Source: Macrostomum lignano (taxonomy: Eukaryota). Taken from it: a stretch of 64,000 nt of DNA. This document shows positions 50,961 through 62,587 of this stretch, piece after piece. A model generated the notes under the pieces. It did no database searches and was not told the origin of the DNA. It saw nothing but the letters and a program-made list of their open reading frames with translations. The DNA lies in assembly GCA_002269645.1 (NCBI GenBank), contig NIVC01001740.1:124001-188000 (forward strand). The letters run 5' to 3'. A program made the translations under genes and the position numbers. Position 1 is the first letter of the stretch. Each line of letters starts with the position of its first letter.

Positions 50961-53129
50961 CAGCTTTTTTTGCTAATTGCAGTGAAAATATGCGGATAAT
51001 TTTTCAGCTTTGTTAAATTTTTTTGCTCTTTCTATATAATGATACTTGGGATTTTTAGGACATCAATATTTTTGTTTGGCTACAGGATGGGCTTCCATTC
51101 CAGATATACAGAGATCCACACAGTCCATGCAGGTCTAACACGGGGCCGAAGCCAAGTAAGGATGCCAACAAAAAGCAACTGCATGGTCTGACGCGGCTTC
51201 ATGCCGCTGCATGAGGGTAGGGTAGAATTAGGAAAAAGACGAGAGATGGCCTCGGCAAGACCTGACAGTTGACTCTCTGACTCTGGCCAAAAACAATTTT
51301 TTTACTTAATTGATTATCCGTGCTATCGGTTGACAGGCATTTATGAGCTGGATGCCCCATAAAGCTGTTGCTGGCAACGCAGGCACCCAATGCATATTAG
51401 CTATCAGCCTGATAGTATATATAGTGTTTAGCATATAGAATTTTGGCGTGGATTGGGAATTAGTCATCTTCAAGGGATCGAGGACTGAGGCACGAGAGAC
51501 CCCCCACACCCTGGCGGGGTTTGCAAAAATTGATATAATTAATATATATTATTGTTTCATTAATTATAATTAAAAATGAACCGCCTCCGCACATGCGTAT
51601 CATAACTGCAAGCTATATAGCTATGTTGATTGTAGGCATGCAGGAAGTTAATAAATAATTCATCATCAAGCAAGACTATAATTAAATAGAACCGCGATAG
51701 AAAAATTAAGATCTTGCTAAACGTCAAAGCTATAGCGTGTATATTATAAAATAATAACAAAATTCAGGATGCATTTGCAGCACTTACATGTACGTGTACT
51801 GTATAGCTAATGTTTGGTTCAGGTGATCGAAGCAGCAAATCTAAAAAACACAGGTTCATTTAACAAGCGTAGCCCTTGAACAATCCAACTTTAACTCAGC
51901 TTTCTAAAGTATGCTTTTAATTTTTTAAAGAATACCTATATAGCTATATAACAAACATGAAGAGTTCGAAAACAAAAAAAAAACAATCGTAAACCGTAAA
52001 TCGACGCGCATGTATCAAAACAACTTTTTACGACTAGCTGGCTGTTTCATTACAAAAGAAGAAAAAACATTACACACATCTATAAAATTTTAGGAAAAGT
52101 TTGTGTAAAAAAGTTGCTTTTCATAGCCATAAAAGCTTGATTAATGAATATAAAGTTTAATTGATCAGGACTTCAGTTTCTATTCGAACGTAATGTGAAA
52201 TCGGTCTCGTTTTCGGTAGTTCCGGATAAAATAGTCTTTAAGAAATGACTGCATTTGAATGAAGAAATGACTGCGTTTTCGGGTGCTATTATATACTTCG
52301 AAAGTAGATGATTGAACGGAAAAATCGTAGATATAACAAAACTATTCTCTTATACAACTGGTACTAGATCGAGCTATATTGATATATTGTAGGAAGTTTT
52401 CAAGATCGTACTGGTAACTGAATTGGACTCAAAATATGTTTTACAGCCATATATATCTAATTTATCTTGTTACGATTTAGTGACTTTAAAATAGTCGCAT
52501 CTGTGACATTGGATCTTCAAAATATCAAAAAACCATGCAAGGAAACTTATATAAAGGAATATGATATGAACCTTGAAATACAAAAGAAGAAGTCTGAAAA
52601 TCTTCATTTGTAGCAATTTAAATGTTTATGAAAGTAAATAAAACTCGCGCGAATATTCAGATCGCCATGCAAATCAATTTCATTTCTGAGACCAATCGCG
52701 ATCACCAATTCCATTTTAGAGCCATATTTTTTTGCATATATCGCACAATCAACATTTTTCGCATTCATCTCATAAGTTTAGCATAGGGAAGTCCCTAAAA
52801 TATAAAATAGTCAAACTATAAATGCTAAACTTTCATTAGCGCTTTGGTTTCTATCTTATTTGCACTGCATGGCCGCTTACAAAAAGTGCTTAGAAGTTCA
52901 TATCGTCCTTCATTGCGCTCGTAAAAGCAAACAAACCCATGCACATTGAGGCGTGAATCGATTCTGGCATGCAGATTTCATTCCTCAAAAGCTCTACAGC
53001 TAGACTAGATACAGCTGCATTAGCCGTTAAGCCCTTTAAACATGCCGTTTAGCCCCTATTCGAAATTACGAGCTGTATCGGCCTCATTTTCATGCAAGTT
53101 ACAGCTGCATAACTAGCTCGTATTGAGCC

Positions 53130-53245
53130 CCGAAAAACGTTGTCAACCAATATTTCAAAGTTGTTCAGTCGCTCTGGAGACATGTCAATCCTGTTGTAGA
53201 TGATGGCGTAGACGATAACGGCTGTGTTGGGCGAGATTGGCTTCG
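53130..53245 (-). pseudogene. Short third fragment of the F-type lectin exon
   Basis: Near-identical to 53785-53900 (aaaacgttgtcaaccaat...gggcgagattggcttc) with a few substitutions and an indel. Confidence 0.8.
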
Positions 53246-53250
53246 GGTGG

Positions 53251-53395
53251 AATGGATCAAATGGACAATAGAGAGGCTAAGAACGCGCCGTAGCTAAGGA
53301 CAGGCAGTGGTGACGGAAACTGGTGTATGGATGGGGGTGCCCACGGCCATGACGGCTACAGTAAAGAAGATCGAAGAAGAAGAAAAAGAAGAAAT
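53251..53395 (+). mobile_element. Probable 3' end of a non-LTR retrotransposon (RTE-like) with a (GAA)n tail; longer copy at about 61560-61785
   Basis: Decayed ...KDRQW-RKLVYG reading followed by gaagaagaagaaaaagaagaa; the family assignment is inference. Confidence 0.4.
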
Positions 53396-53642
53396 GCATT
53401 CGATAATCCATTGACATTTAAATGTAAGGAATCGCTATATGCATGAATATACTCGTATGGAGCCTTGAAATTCCTCACTAATTCCGTTAAGTCCTATTCG
53501 ACATTACGATCGAGCTGTATTGGCCTCATTTCATATAAGTTACTTAAACATAAGGAGACCCTGTCACATTCCAGTTCAGCTATTATATAGACTATATTGA
53601 GCTCGAGTGAAACTCAAATACTTCATCAGCAGCAATCCTTCC

Positions 53643-56600
53643 TCACTCAATGTAGAACCCGTAAGGCTCGAACTCGCACATGGTCAGGTGTTTGGTGAGT
53701 TGGCTCACCAGTCGAACTTTACTTCCGGTCAAGCCGCAGGTCACGTTGGTCACAACAAAGTGTTGCGTCACGTTCACTCGACCGCAGAAAACGTTGTCAA
53801 CCAATATTTCAAAGTTGTTCAGTCGCTCTGGGAACATGTCAATCCTGTTGTAGATGGTGGCGTAGACGATAACGGCTGTTTGGGCGAGATTGGCTTCCCA
53901 CCACGGTTTGATCTCGCTGTTGGTGTGAATGCAAGAACCTCCAGCAAAAAAATTTGTATTCGTGTTGTTGTCCATGGCTCGTGTGCAAAAGGCACTATAG
54001 GCCGCTGAAATCTGGCTGCAGTTGAAGAAATGCAGTCTCTGAGGAGCTGAAATGAGATGCGTGAAATGAGTTTCCCAGTGAAAAAAATGATATGGATTCC
54101 ATGTGGATTTTTCATATGAAATCCATATGTGCATTTGTCTCCGTCCATCCATGTGGAATCAAGATATGGATTCCACATGGAAGATCCATATGGAAGTAAT
54201 TATGTATTTCACATAGAATCCACATTGTCATTGAATAAGCAGCCATTATACTGGTTGCCATAATAAATTGTTGCATCCTAAATCTCAAAATAATACCAGA
54301 TCTCAAAATTTCATACGAACCCCAGATCTCAATACCATATAAAAGAAACTGAAACACAGATAAAACACTAGCTATAGCCAAAAATATTTCTGCACAAAAA
54401 TTCAAAATTCAAAATTCAATATTCAAAAACGATGTAAGGTGTATTTATGTACAGTAGTGAGTCACTGGCACACAAAGAATAAACACACTGATGTAAATAT
54501 TGATATCTTTAGAGTTGCACTGCGCATATGATATAATATATAATTTGAAATTGACATTGTCAATAGCATTAATTAACAATAATATAATGCATCAGAATTA
54601 GAACAGTCAGAAACATGCTGCTGCCAATTGCCAGAATGCTGCTTCTTCAGGTCAGGTGAGCAACCTTAGAAAAGAAAGGGGTTAAATTACAGAATTTTAT
54701 AACAGATTGATGACAGATTTTGTAATAGATTTTGATAGATTTTGATGACAGAAAAAAATAAGTTTATAACTAAAACTTACCATTGCTTCACAAAAGGTAG
54801 CATTTGAGATATTAAATTCAAATTCCAAGTAGCTTTGCAAGCTTCTTCAAATGCAAGACCAAGGTGACATCCAAGTTTGAGGATGGGTCATGTAATGTTA
54901 GGCTGAAATGAAATAGAAAAATAATTGTTGCCAATTAAGATTGATAAATAATATTGATATAATTCATAAAACTAATTTAATGATGAATACTTATAAAATA
55001 AAATAAAGTTTATTTTAAAATTAACTAGGCCTAAGTCCTAGGTTTATTTTTTAAGCGCAAAGTGTGCATATGCACCCTAAATTTAAAAATTGCACCTTGA
55101 AAATTGAAATTAAAAAGTTGATGATACAGTTTAGGTGTGATCTCATTACCTATTTTTCTGTTGAAGCCTTTTTTGCACTGCCTTTATATAAGAAAAAAAA
55201 GAAACTGCATTTTAAGCCTTAAAATCATAAAACCCTAAAAGTGAGCATAGGGTATGATTTTGCACCTTGTCTCTAGCAAAAAAGAAAACCCTACCCAAGT
55301 CAATCAATAAAATTAAATTAATAAAATTAAAATAATAAGTACAAAAAATTAATATATGTTTCTAAAAATTTAATTTTTTATTTTAAAATTGATTTTAGAC
55401 TATAAAGTATTTAGGCAAAGCAATGCATGTTTTTTTTATATTTGCGGGCCTATTATGATTAAAAGGGGGCTGTAGCCAAGCGGTAGCATAGCTGCTCTGG
55501 TGTGCCAGCGACCTAGGCTCGATTCTAAGTGCAGTCACATTAATTTGGGGCTGAATTGGAATCTTGGCTTGGCTCTCTGCTTGTGCAATTAATGGCCTTG
55601 AGAGCCAACCCCCAAGGCACAGTGAAGTATACATGCCTAACAATAAATAAAGTTAGGGCCACTGTACACTCCTATGTAAATGTGCCTATATACGTATCCG
55701 CACGCTTGTGTGCCTGCTCAAGGGAGTTAATGGAATGGGCAGCAATGCCTCTCGCCAGTTGTATGCCTATGTCGCTTAACGTGTGCCAGGGTGCACACAA
55801 CCCCCTGCCTCTAATAAAAAAAATAGTATGATTAAACATTAGGCCTAATCTTAAAAGCTATGCCCTATAGCTATTAAATTCTAGACTTGGCCTAAATCAG
55901 ATCAAATTTACAATAATCATTATTTATTTATAATAGCAACCTTAGGGATCTGCTAGGCTAGCTATGCCAAAAACAGGTTGCAAGTGTAATTGCAAAGAAT
56001 TATTTATAATGATTAATAATATTGTTTTTAAAAATGCAACAAGTCTAAAAGACGCTAACAGGCTTTTTTGAAGAAAATCATAAATGAATAGATTTTTAAC
56101 AGATTAACTAGATTGACTAGTCACAATTCACAAAGTCAAGCTAGTCTTAACCTTAATTAAAATAGAAGGACCTAAATTGATAGTTATAGGCCTAGGCCTA
56201 GCTTAAAATAGGCCTAATAAGCATACATAAATAGATAAGACTAATAGGTAGGACTAAGAGGAAATTATGAACTTCTAAAGGACTATTTAAGTTTAAAAAA
56301 TGAGTAGCCAATCTATGGACATGGCCATGGGATTCCTAGAAATTGGATAAGCCTAAATAAATTTATCATGGATGGATTTTACCAAAAGTATTAGGCCTAT
56401 CTATGATGAAATACTGATTTATCTAATTTCTAATCCCATGGAGGCCATGGCCTTATAAGTTATTGCCTATAGGCTACGTCTACTAAAATTTTTAAGGTGC
56501 TTAAATAGCCATAAACAAGGCAATTTATCTTTCAAGGCCTTGAACCAAGACATTGACGAATATAAAATAAAATAAATTTAATTTTAAAAAGCACGAAACG

Positions 56601-57673
56601 TTTTTTATTGTTCACTTCTATTTTGTCTATTTTAACAAACAGTATCTTATTTTCTGATTATAATTTAGCTTTAAGATATTAATTTTTACTTAAAAGCATA
56701 TAAATATAATAATTAATTATAGTAATTTCATAAAAACGTCTTAATGTGGTGTGTCACAGTTTTTTTATCGAAGTGGGTTCCATGTTGAATCAATATACGC
56801 TTATTTCTCATGAATTCCTTGTAAAATCCACATCAACATTAGGACAGTAAAAATTAAAAAATAGTGCATAAAAAATACTTTGCATACCATTATGTCATCT
56901 TTAAGTCATTAATTTGCAAAAATTAAAGAAACATTTAAATTCCACATGGCCACGTGGAACCCACGTGGAATCCATGAATCATTTTTCACTGGGTTACTGC
57001 AAATTTAATTTAAGTGACATCGAATTTTCTTAAAAACGAGTCCTAGAAATAATTGCTGAGGAAGAAACGGCATCCCCCGTCACATGAATCAGGCGTTTCA
57101 ACCGGAGACGGCTTCTAATTACCACAGACACAAGTGACTTCAAGACGCCGCGGAAGATTCTGTAATACAGTTGTAGCCTTAAACAGAGAATATCTTGTTA
57201 AAAATGAACTTCATGTTCTGTGAGTCATTTTGTTGATGGTCAAAGCCGAACTCCCGAAACTGGAAGCGAAATCGTCCTCACTTCTCAGCTCCCACAGGTA
57301 CAGCTAGTCCGCACCCGCTATCTATGAACAAGAAATACTCACTGGCGTTGTACATGTAGAACTCGGTCTGCTGGTCCGCAATGGCACTCCACGACGGTTT
57401 CCAGTAGTAGACCGAAGCGTTAAACAGCTGGCACAGCATCGAGCTCACCGTCCAGTAGAAACCGAGGCAACTCGGCGTCTGGCAGCACCGGATCGAGCAA
57501 CGAATGCTGCTGCCTTCGAGCACTTTGAATGCTGGGGGGAAACTGTTGCCACCAGCGGTGCCCACCTGAGTGTAGTAGCGGTCCTCCGAAGCGGTGGCTT
57601 GGTAGAACAGCAGCGTCACTACCACCAGGGTGCTCGCCAAGAAGACGAACAGCAAGCGTGCGACAGGAAGCAT
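53643..57673 (-). CDS. Secreted or type II PAN/Apple + F-type lectin (fucolectin, FTP) protein; exons 57673-57343, 54004-53643
   Basis: Hydrophobic N-terminus; PAN pattern RCSIRCCQTPSCLGFY...CQLF; FTP pattern RAMDNN..GSCIHT..PWWEANL..IYNRID..ERLNNFEI..C..C..LTMCEFE with an exact H-x26-R-x-D-x4-R. The phase-1 donor matches a phase-1 acceptor; 231 codons. Confidence 0.78.
54074..56993. mobile_element. 2920-bp CACTA/CMC-like DNA transposon remnant in the lectin intron
   Basis: TIRs CCCAGTGAAAAA(AA)TGAT at both ends; TT duplication inferred from the empty site at 62461-62470 in the paralogous copy; subterminal atggattccatgtgg repeats; no intact ORF. Confidence 0.85.
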
Positions 57674-58574
57674 GTCTGGGCTGGAAAATTGTCAACTTCA
57701 GTTGCGACTTTTTGGATAACGAGTTTTTTTATTTTGGTCGTTGATTATTCTGTTATATTGTTGCAGTCTGTTTTTATCAATTTTATGTTGCCATGCCAAT
57801 TTGGTTGGGGATGTCAAACCGCGGGTACAGGATAAGCAAAAATTTCCATCCCAACAGGTGCTGCAGAGTGTACGGTAGCATTCCCTGTTGCTTGGTCAGC
57901 TTAATCTGTGAGCTCTTAGGTTCTCATCGGAGGGAGGGGTAAAAGTCATTACTGACCCTCTTGCAGAAGACTCACTCCGGCTCATGACTATAGCCTCACT
58001 CTTGTCATCCCAGTAGCCTAGCTCCGTCTTTCCAGTGGGTAGCCTGCCGATTCTGGCTCTTTAAGCTGGCTATCACGGACATTACATGTATAATGGATGC
58101 TCAGCTTTTAAACTGTTGAATCCCAATTCTTGAAAAAAAATTTTAATCATATTAATGTGCTTTTGGCAGAAGAGACTGCTTGCAATAAAACTCCTGACGT
58201 GGTTGGGGGGGGGGGGGGCAAGTGGCTACAAAGAGGCGCTGATTAAACCCCAATCAAATTCAATATCCAATTAATATCCAACCAATTTATTGTGCTATAA
58301 CACTATATATGGCTTTCCTAAATCCCTTGATGCCGCGCAAGGCAAGTTACGAGTATATGCTGGCACCCATCACACACACTCGCGTATATGCGCGTTTAGA
58401 AAATTGACTGCATTGGTCTGTTAAAAATGCGGCCCCTGCCTTCCCTTTCCTAGATATACTGGCTACAGACCACAGACCAAGGACTTCTGGACTAGAAATT
58501 CATTTACGCATGCATCTGCATATACGCGATGTTTATTACGAGATTCCGTTTGTCTTGTCCATTTCTCTCGTGAT

Positions 58575-60298
58575 AGAGAATGCTTGATGGCGCCAGAGAA
58601 CACTTGATGGTGATAGAGAATGCTTGATGGCGCCAGAGAACACTTGATGGTGATAGAGAATGCTTGGTGGCGCCAGAGAACGCTTGATGGTGATAGAGAA
58701 TGCTTGATGGCGCCAGAGAACACTTGATGGTGATAGAGAATGCTTGATGGCGCCAGAGAACGCTTGATGGTGATAGAGAATGCTTGATGGCGCCAGAGAA
58801 CGCTTGATTTTGATAGAGTGTTTGATGGCGCCAGAGAACGCTTGATGGTGATAGAGAATGCTTGATGGCGCCAAAGAACGCTTGATGGTGATAAGGAATG
58901 CTTGATGGCGCCAGAGAACGCTTGATGGTGATAAAGAATGCTTGATGGCGCCAGAGAACGCTTGATGGTGATAGAGAATGCTTGATGGCGCCAGAGAACG
59001 CTTGATTTTGATAGAGAATGTTTGATGGCGCCAGAGAACGCTTGATGGTGATAGAGAATGCTTGATGGCGCCATCAGAGAACGCTTGATTTTGATAGAGA
59101 GTGTTTGATGGCGCCAGAGAACGCTTGATGGTGATAGAGAATGCTTGATGGCGCCAGAGAACGCTTGATGGCGCCAGAGAAAGCATGATGGCACCACAGG
59201 TTGCGCCAGAGAATGCTTGATAGTGATAGAGGATGCTTGTGATAGCTGAGGATGCTTGACGGTGATAGCTGAGGATGCTTGACGGTGATAGCTGAGGATG
59301 CTTGACGGTGATAGCTGAGGATGCTTGACGGTGATAGCTGAGGATGTTTGATGGTGATAGCTGAGGATGCTTGACGGTGATAGCTGAGGATGCTTGACGG
59401 TGATAGCTGAGGATGCTTGATGGTGATAGCTGAGGATGGTGGATGGTGATAGCCGAGAATGCTGGATGGTGATAGCTGAGGATGCTTGATGGTGATAGCT
59501 GAGGATGCTTGATGGTGATAGCTGAGGATGCTGGATGGTGATAGCTGAGGATGGTGGATGGTGATAGCCGAGAATGCTGGATGGTGATAGCTGAGGATGC
59601 TTGATGGTGATAGCTGAGGATGCTGGATGGTGATAGCCGAGAATGCTGGATGGTGATAGCTGAGGATGCTTGATGGTGATAGCTGAGGATGCTGGATGGT
59701 GATAGCTGAGGATGGTGGATGGTGATAGCCGAGAATGCTGGATGGTGATAGCTGAGGATGCTTGATGGTGATAGCTGAGGATGCTTGATGGTGATAGCTG
59801 AGGATGCTGGATGGTGATAGCTGAGGATGCTGGATGGTGATACATGTAGCTGAGGATGCTTGATGGTGATAGCTGAGGATGCTTGATGGTGATAGCTGAG
59901 GATGCTTGATGGTGATAGCTGAGGATGCTTGATGGTGATAGCTGAGGATGCTGGATGGTGATAGCTGAGGATGGTGGATGGTGATAGCCGAGAATGCTGG
60001 ATGGTGATAGCTGAGGATGCTTGATGGTGATAGCTGAGGATGCTTGATGGTGATAGCTGAGGATGCTGGATGGTGATAGCTGAGGATGCTGGATGGTGAT
60101 ACATGTAGCTGAGGATGCTTGATGGTGATAGCTGAGGATGCTTGATGGTGATAGCTGAGGATGCTTGATGGTGATAGCTGAGGATGCTATCACCAGCTGG
60201 ATGGTGATAGGATGGTGATAGGATGCTTGATGGTGATAGCCGAGGATGCTGGATGGTGATAGCCGAGAATGCTGGATGGTGATAGCTGAGGATGCTGG
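58575..60298. repeat. 23-bp satellite, array 2 (same family as 46.6-51 kb), with a gatggcgccagagaa variant block at 58575-59200
   Basis: Same unit and same diagnostic variants as array 1. Confidence 0.95.
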
Positions 60299-60489
60299 AA
60301 GGGATCGAGGACTGATCCCCGGTTGCAACAAATTATAATAAACGGCCCCCTAACTCCACACACTGATGCTCGCGCGTCATACACTGTACTGCAGGCGTAG
60401 CTCAGGATAAAAAGTATAAAATCATCAAACAAAAAAACTATGATTGAATAGAACCGATAGACCGACAAGACTTTGTTAAACGTCAAAGC

Positions 60490-60760
60490 ATAACGACTAC
60501 TCAAGTAGGACGGGAAAGTACGTTTCTTGGAAAATTTTAGAAGGCGGCTATAAGGTTTCATTAGAGATTGTCGTTAAAAAAAGTAGGATTCTATGGTAAT
60601 TTAACACCCTACGTAATTTAAAATAACTCAGAGCCCGACTCATTGGCTCTGAGAATCTATTTTATTATTCTTATAGCTGACTGTGTAACAAAAGGTGTAA
60701 CAGAATGTTAAAATGGATTCATAAAGAACCTTCTACTTGAGTAGTCCCATAGTCCTTGCG
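60490..60760. mobile_element. Short diverged relative of the 17.1-kb TIR element
   Basis: Left gactactcaagtaggacgggaaag and right ccttctacttgagtagtcccatagtccttg resemble caaggacgacttaagtagaaggacgggaaa. Confidence 0.5.
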
Positions 60761-61640
60761 TCAAAGCATGTACGATCGTATATTAAAATAATTCTGGGTA
60801 CATCTGTAGTATTACAGCTTATTTTTGGCCTAGGTGAAACAGCAAATCTAAAAAAATACATACGAGTATATAACAAGCGTAGCCTTTGAAAAACGCCAAC
60901 AGGTTTCCAACAGTTAATTTATTTTTGACAAATCACGTACTATAACAAATAATTAAAACATTGAAAAGTGCTAGCTAACCATTGGTCTTCTTCTTCTGCT
61001 TGGCCAATTATTAATAGTGCTAAGTAATAAGTTCACATCGTCCTTTGCGCTTGTGAAAGCGACACATATTGAGAGGTATGCATCGAGCCTGGCGTGCAGA
61101 TTTTCAGAGTTCTAGCTACATGTATACTGTATGTTTTACAAGCACACTCGTAAGAGCCCTCGGAGCTCTCCCCTAACATCTAAAATCTATAGCTATAAGC
61201 TTACGTTTCGCACGATCGGGCTCGTGTAATCTATTTAATTTTTTGTACCCCCGTCCATATGGAGCCTCAATTGCATGTACTCCGCTTTTACGTTTAGAGC
61301 CCCTTATTAATCTAAAGTATAGTTACCTTCCAAATGTATTCGATTGGGTGAAGCAGTAGGCAGATGATCTGGTGGCGCCGATAATTCCTCTCCAGATTTG
61401 GATGGCCGTTGGCTTGAAAGCTCATTCGCCCTTTGACAGGTTTAAATGTTTTTATTCCTGCTGGTCCATACACCCGATCCTCACCCAGGTTTCCCTAGAC
61501 GGGTGAGTCGGTTTAGTCGCCGACTATAATAACCAGACCATGAAACAGGTTTTATATGTTTGTACATGTTACCTGACCTGCAAACTATAATGACGGAAAC
61601 GGTAGAGGGACTAAATGAGGTCGGAATCAGCTGCGAAGAG

Positions 61641-62587
61641 AATGGATCGGATGGACAATAGAGAGGCTAAGAACGCGCCGTAGCTAAGGACAGGCAGTGG
61701 TGACGGAAACTGGTGTATGGATGGGGGTGCCCACGGCCATGACGGCTACAGTAAAGAAGATCGAAGAAGAAGAAAAAGAAGAAATGCATTCGATAATCCA
61801 TTGACATTTAAATGTAAGGAATCGCTATATGCATGAATATACTCGTATGGAGCCTTGAAATTCCTCACTAATTCCGTTAAGTCCTATTCGACATTACGAT
61901 CGAGCTGTATTGGCCTCATTTCATATAAGTTACTTAAACATAAGGAGACCCTGTCACATTCCAGTTCAGCTATTATATAGACTATATTGAGCTCGAGTGA
62001 AACTCAAATACTTCATCAGCAGCAATCCTTCCTCACTCAATGTAGAACCCGTAAGGCTCGAACTCGCACATGGTCAGGTGTTTGGTGAGTTGGCTCACCA
62101 GTCGAACTTTACTTCCGGTCAAGCCGCAGGTCACGTTGGTCACAACAAAGTGTTGCGTCACGTTCACTCCACCGCAGAAAACGTTGTCAACCAATATTTC
62201 AAAGTTGTTCAGTCGCTCTGGGAACATGTCAATCCTGTTGTAGATAGTGGCGTAGACGATAACGGCTGTTTGGGCGAGATTGGCTTCCCACCACGGTTTG
62301 ATCTCGCTGTTGGTGTGAATGCAAGAACCTCCAGCAAAAAAATTTGTATTCGTGTTGTTGTCCATGGCTCGTGTGCAAAAGGCACTATAGGCCGCTGAAA
62401 TCTGGCTGCAGTTGAAGAAATGCAGTCTCTGAGGAGCTGAAATGAGATGCGTGAAATGAGGTTTACTGCAAATTTAATTTAAGTGACATCGAATTTTCTT
62501 AAAAACGAGTCCTAGAAATAATTGCTGAGGAAGAAACGGCATCCCCCGTCACATGAATCAGGCGTTTCAACCGGAGACGGCTTCTAA
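61641..62587 (-). other. Duplicate of 53251-54070 plus 56994-57118, including a second F-type lectin exon (62033-62394)
   Basis: Near-identical at an offset of 8390 bp; CGRV versus CGGV in the exon; the upstream PAN exon is absent because Gypsy sequence begins at 62588. Confidence 0.9.

Noticed and set aside
51306-51400. HWVPA as an RNase H motif of a LINE
   Set aside because: The following H-x-G-I-x-G-N-E-x-A-D pattern is absent.
24089-57690. SL-AUG start for ASB, NDH-2, MIC26/27 and the lectin
   Set aside because: Each has its own ATG, and the nearby upstream AGs (16, 26, 11, and 2 or 7 nt away) are out of frame, so the hypothesis is limited to COX15 and ITPK1.
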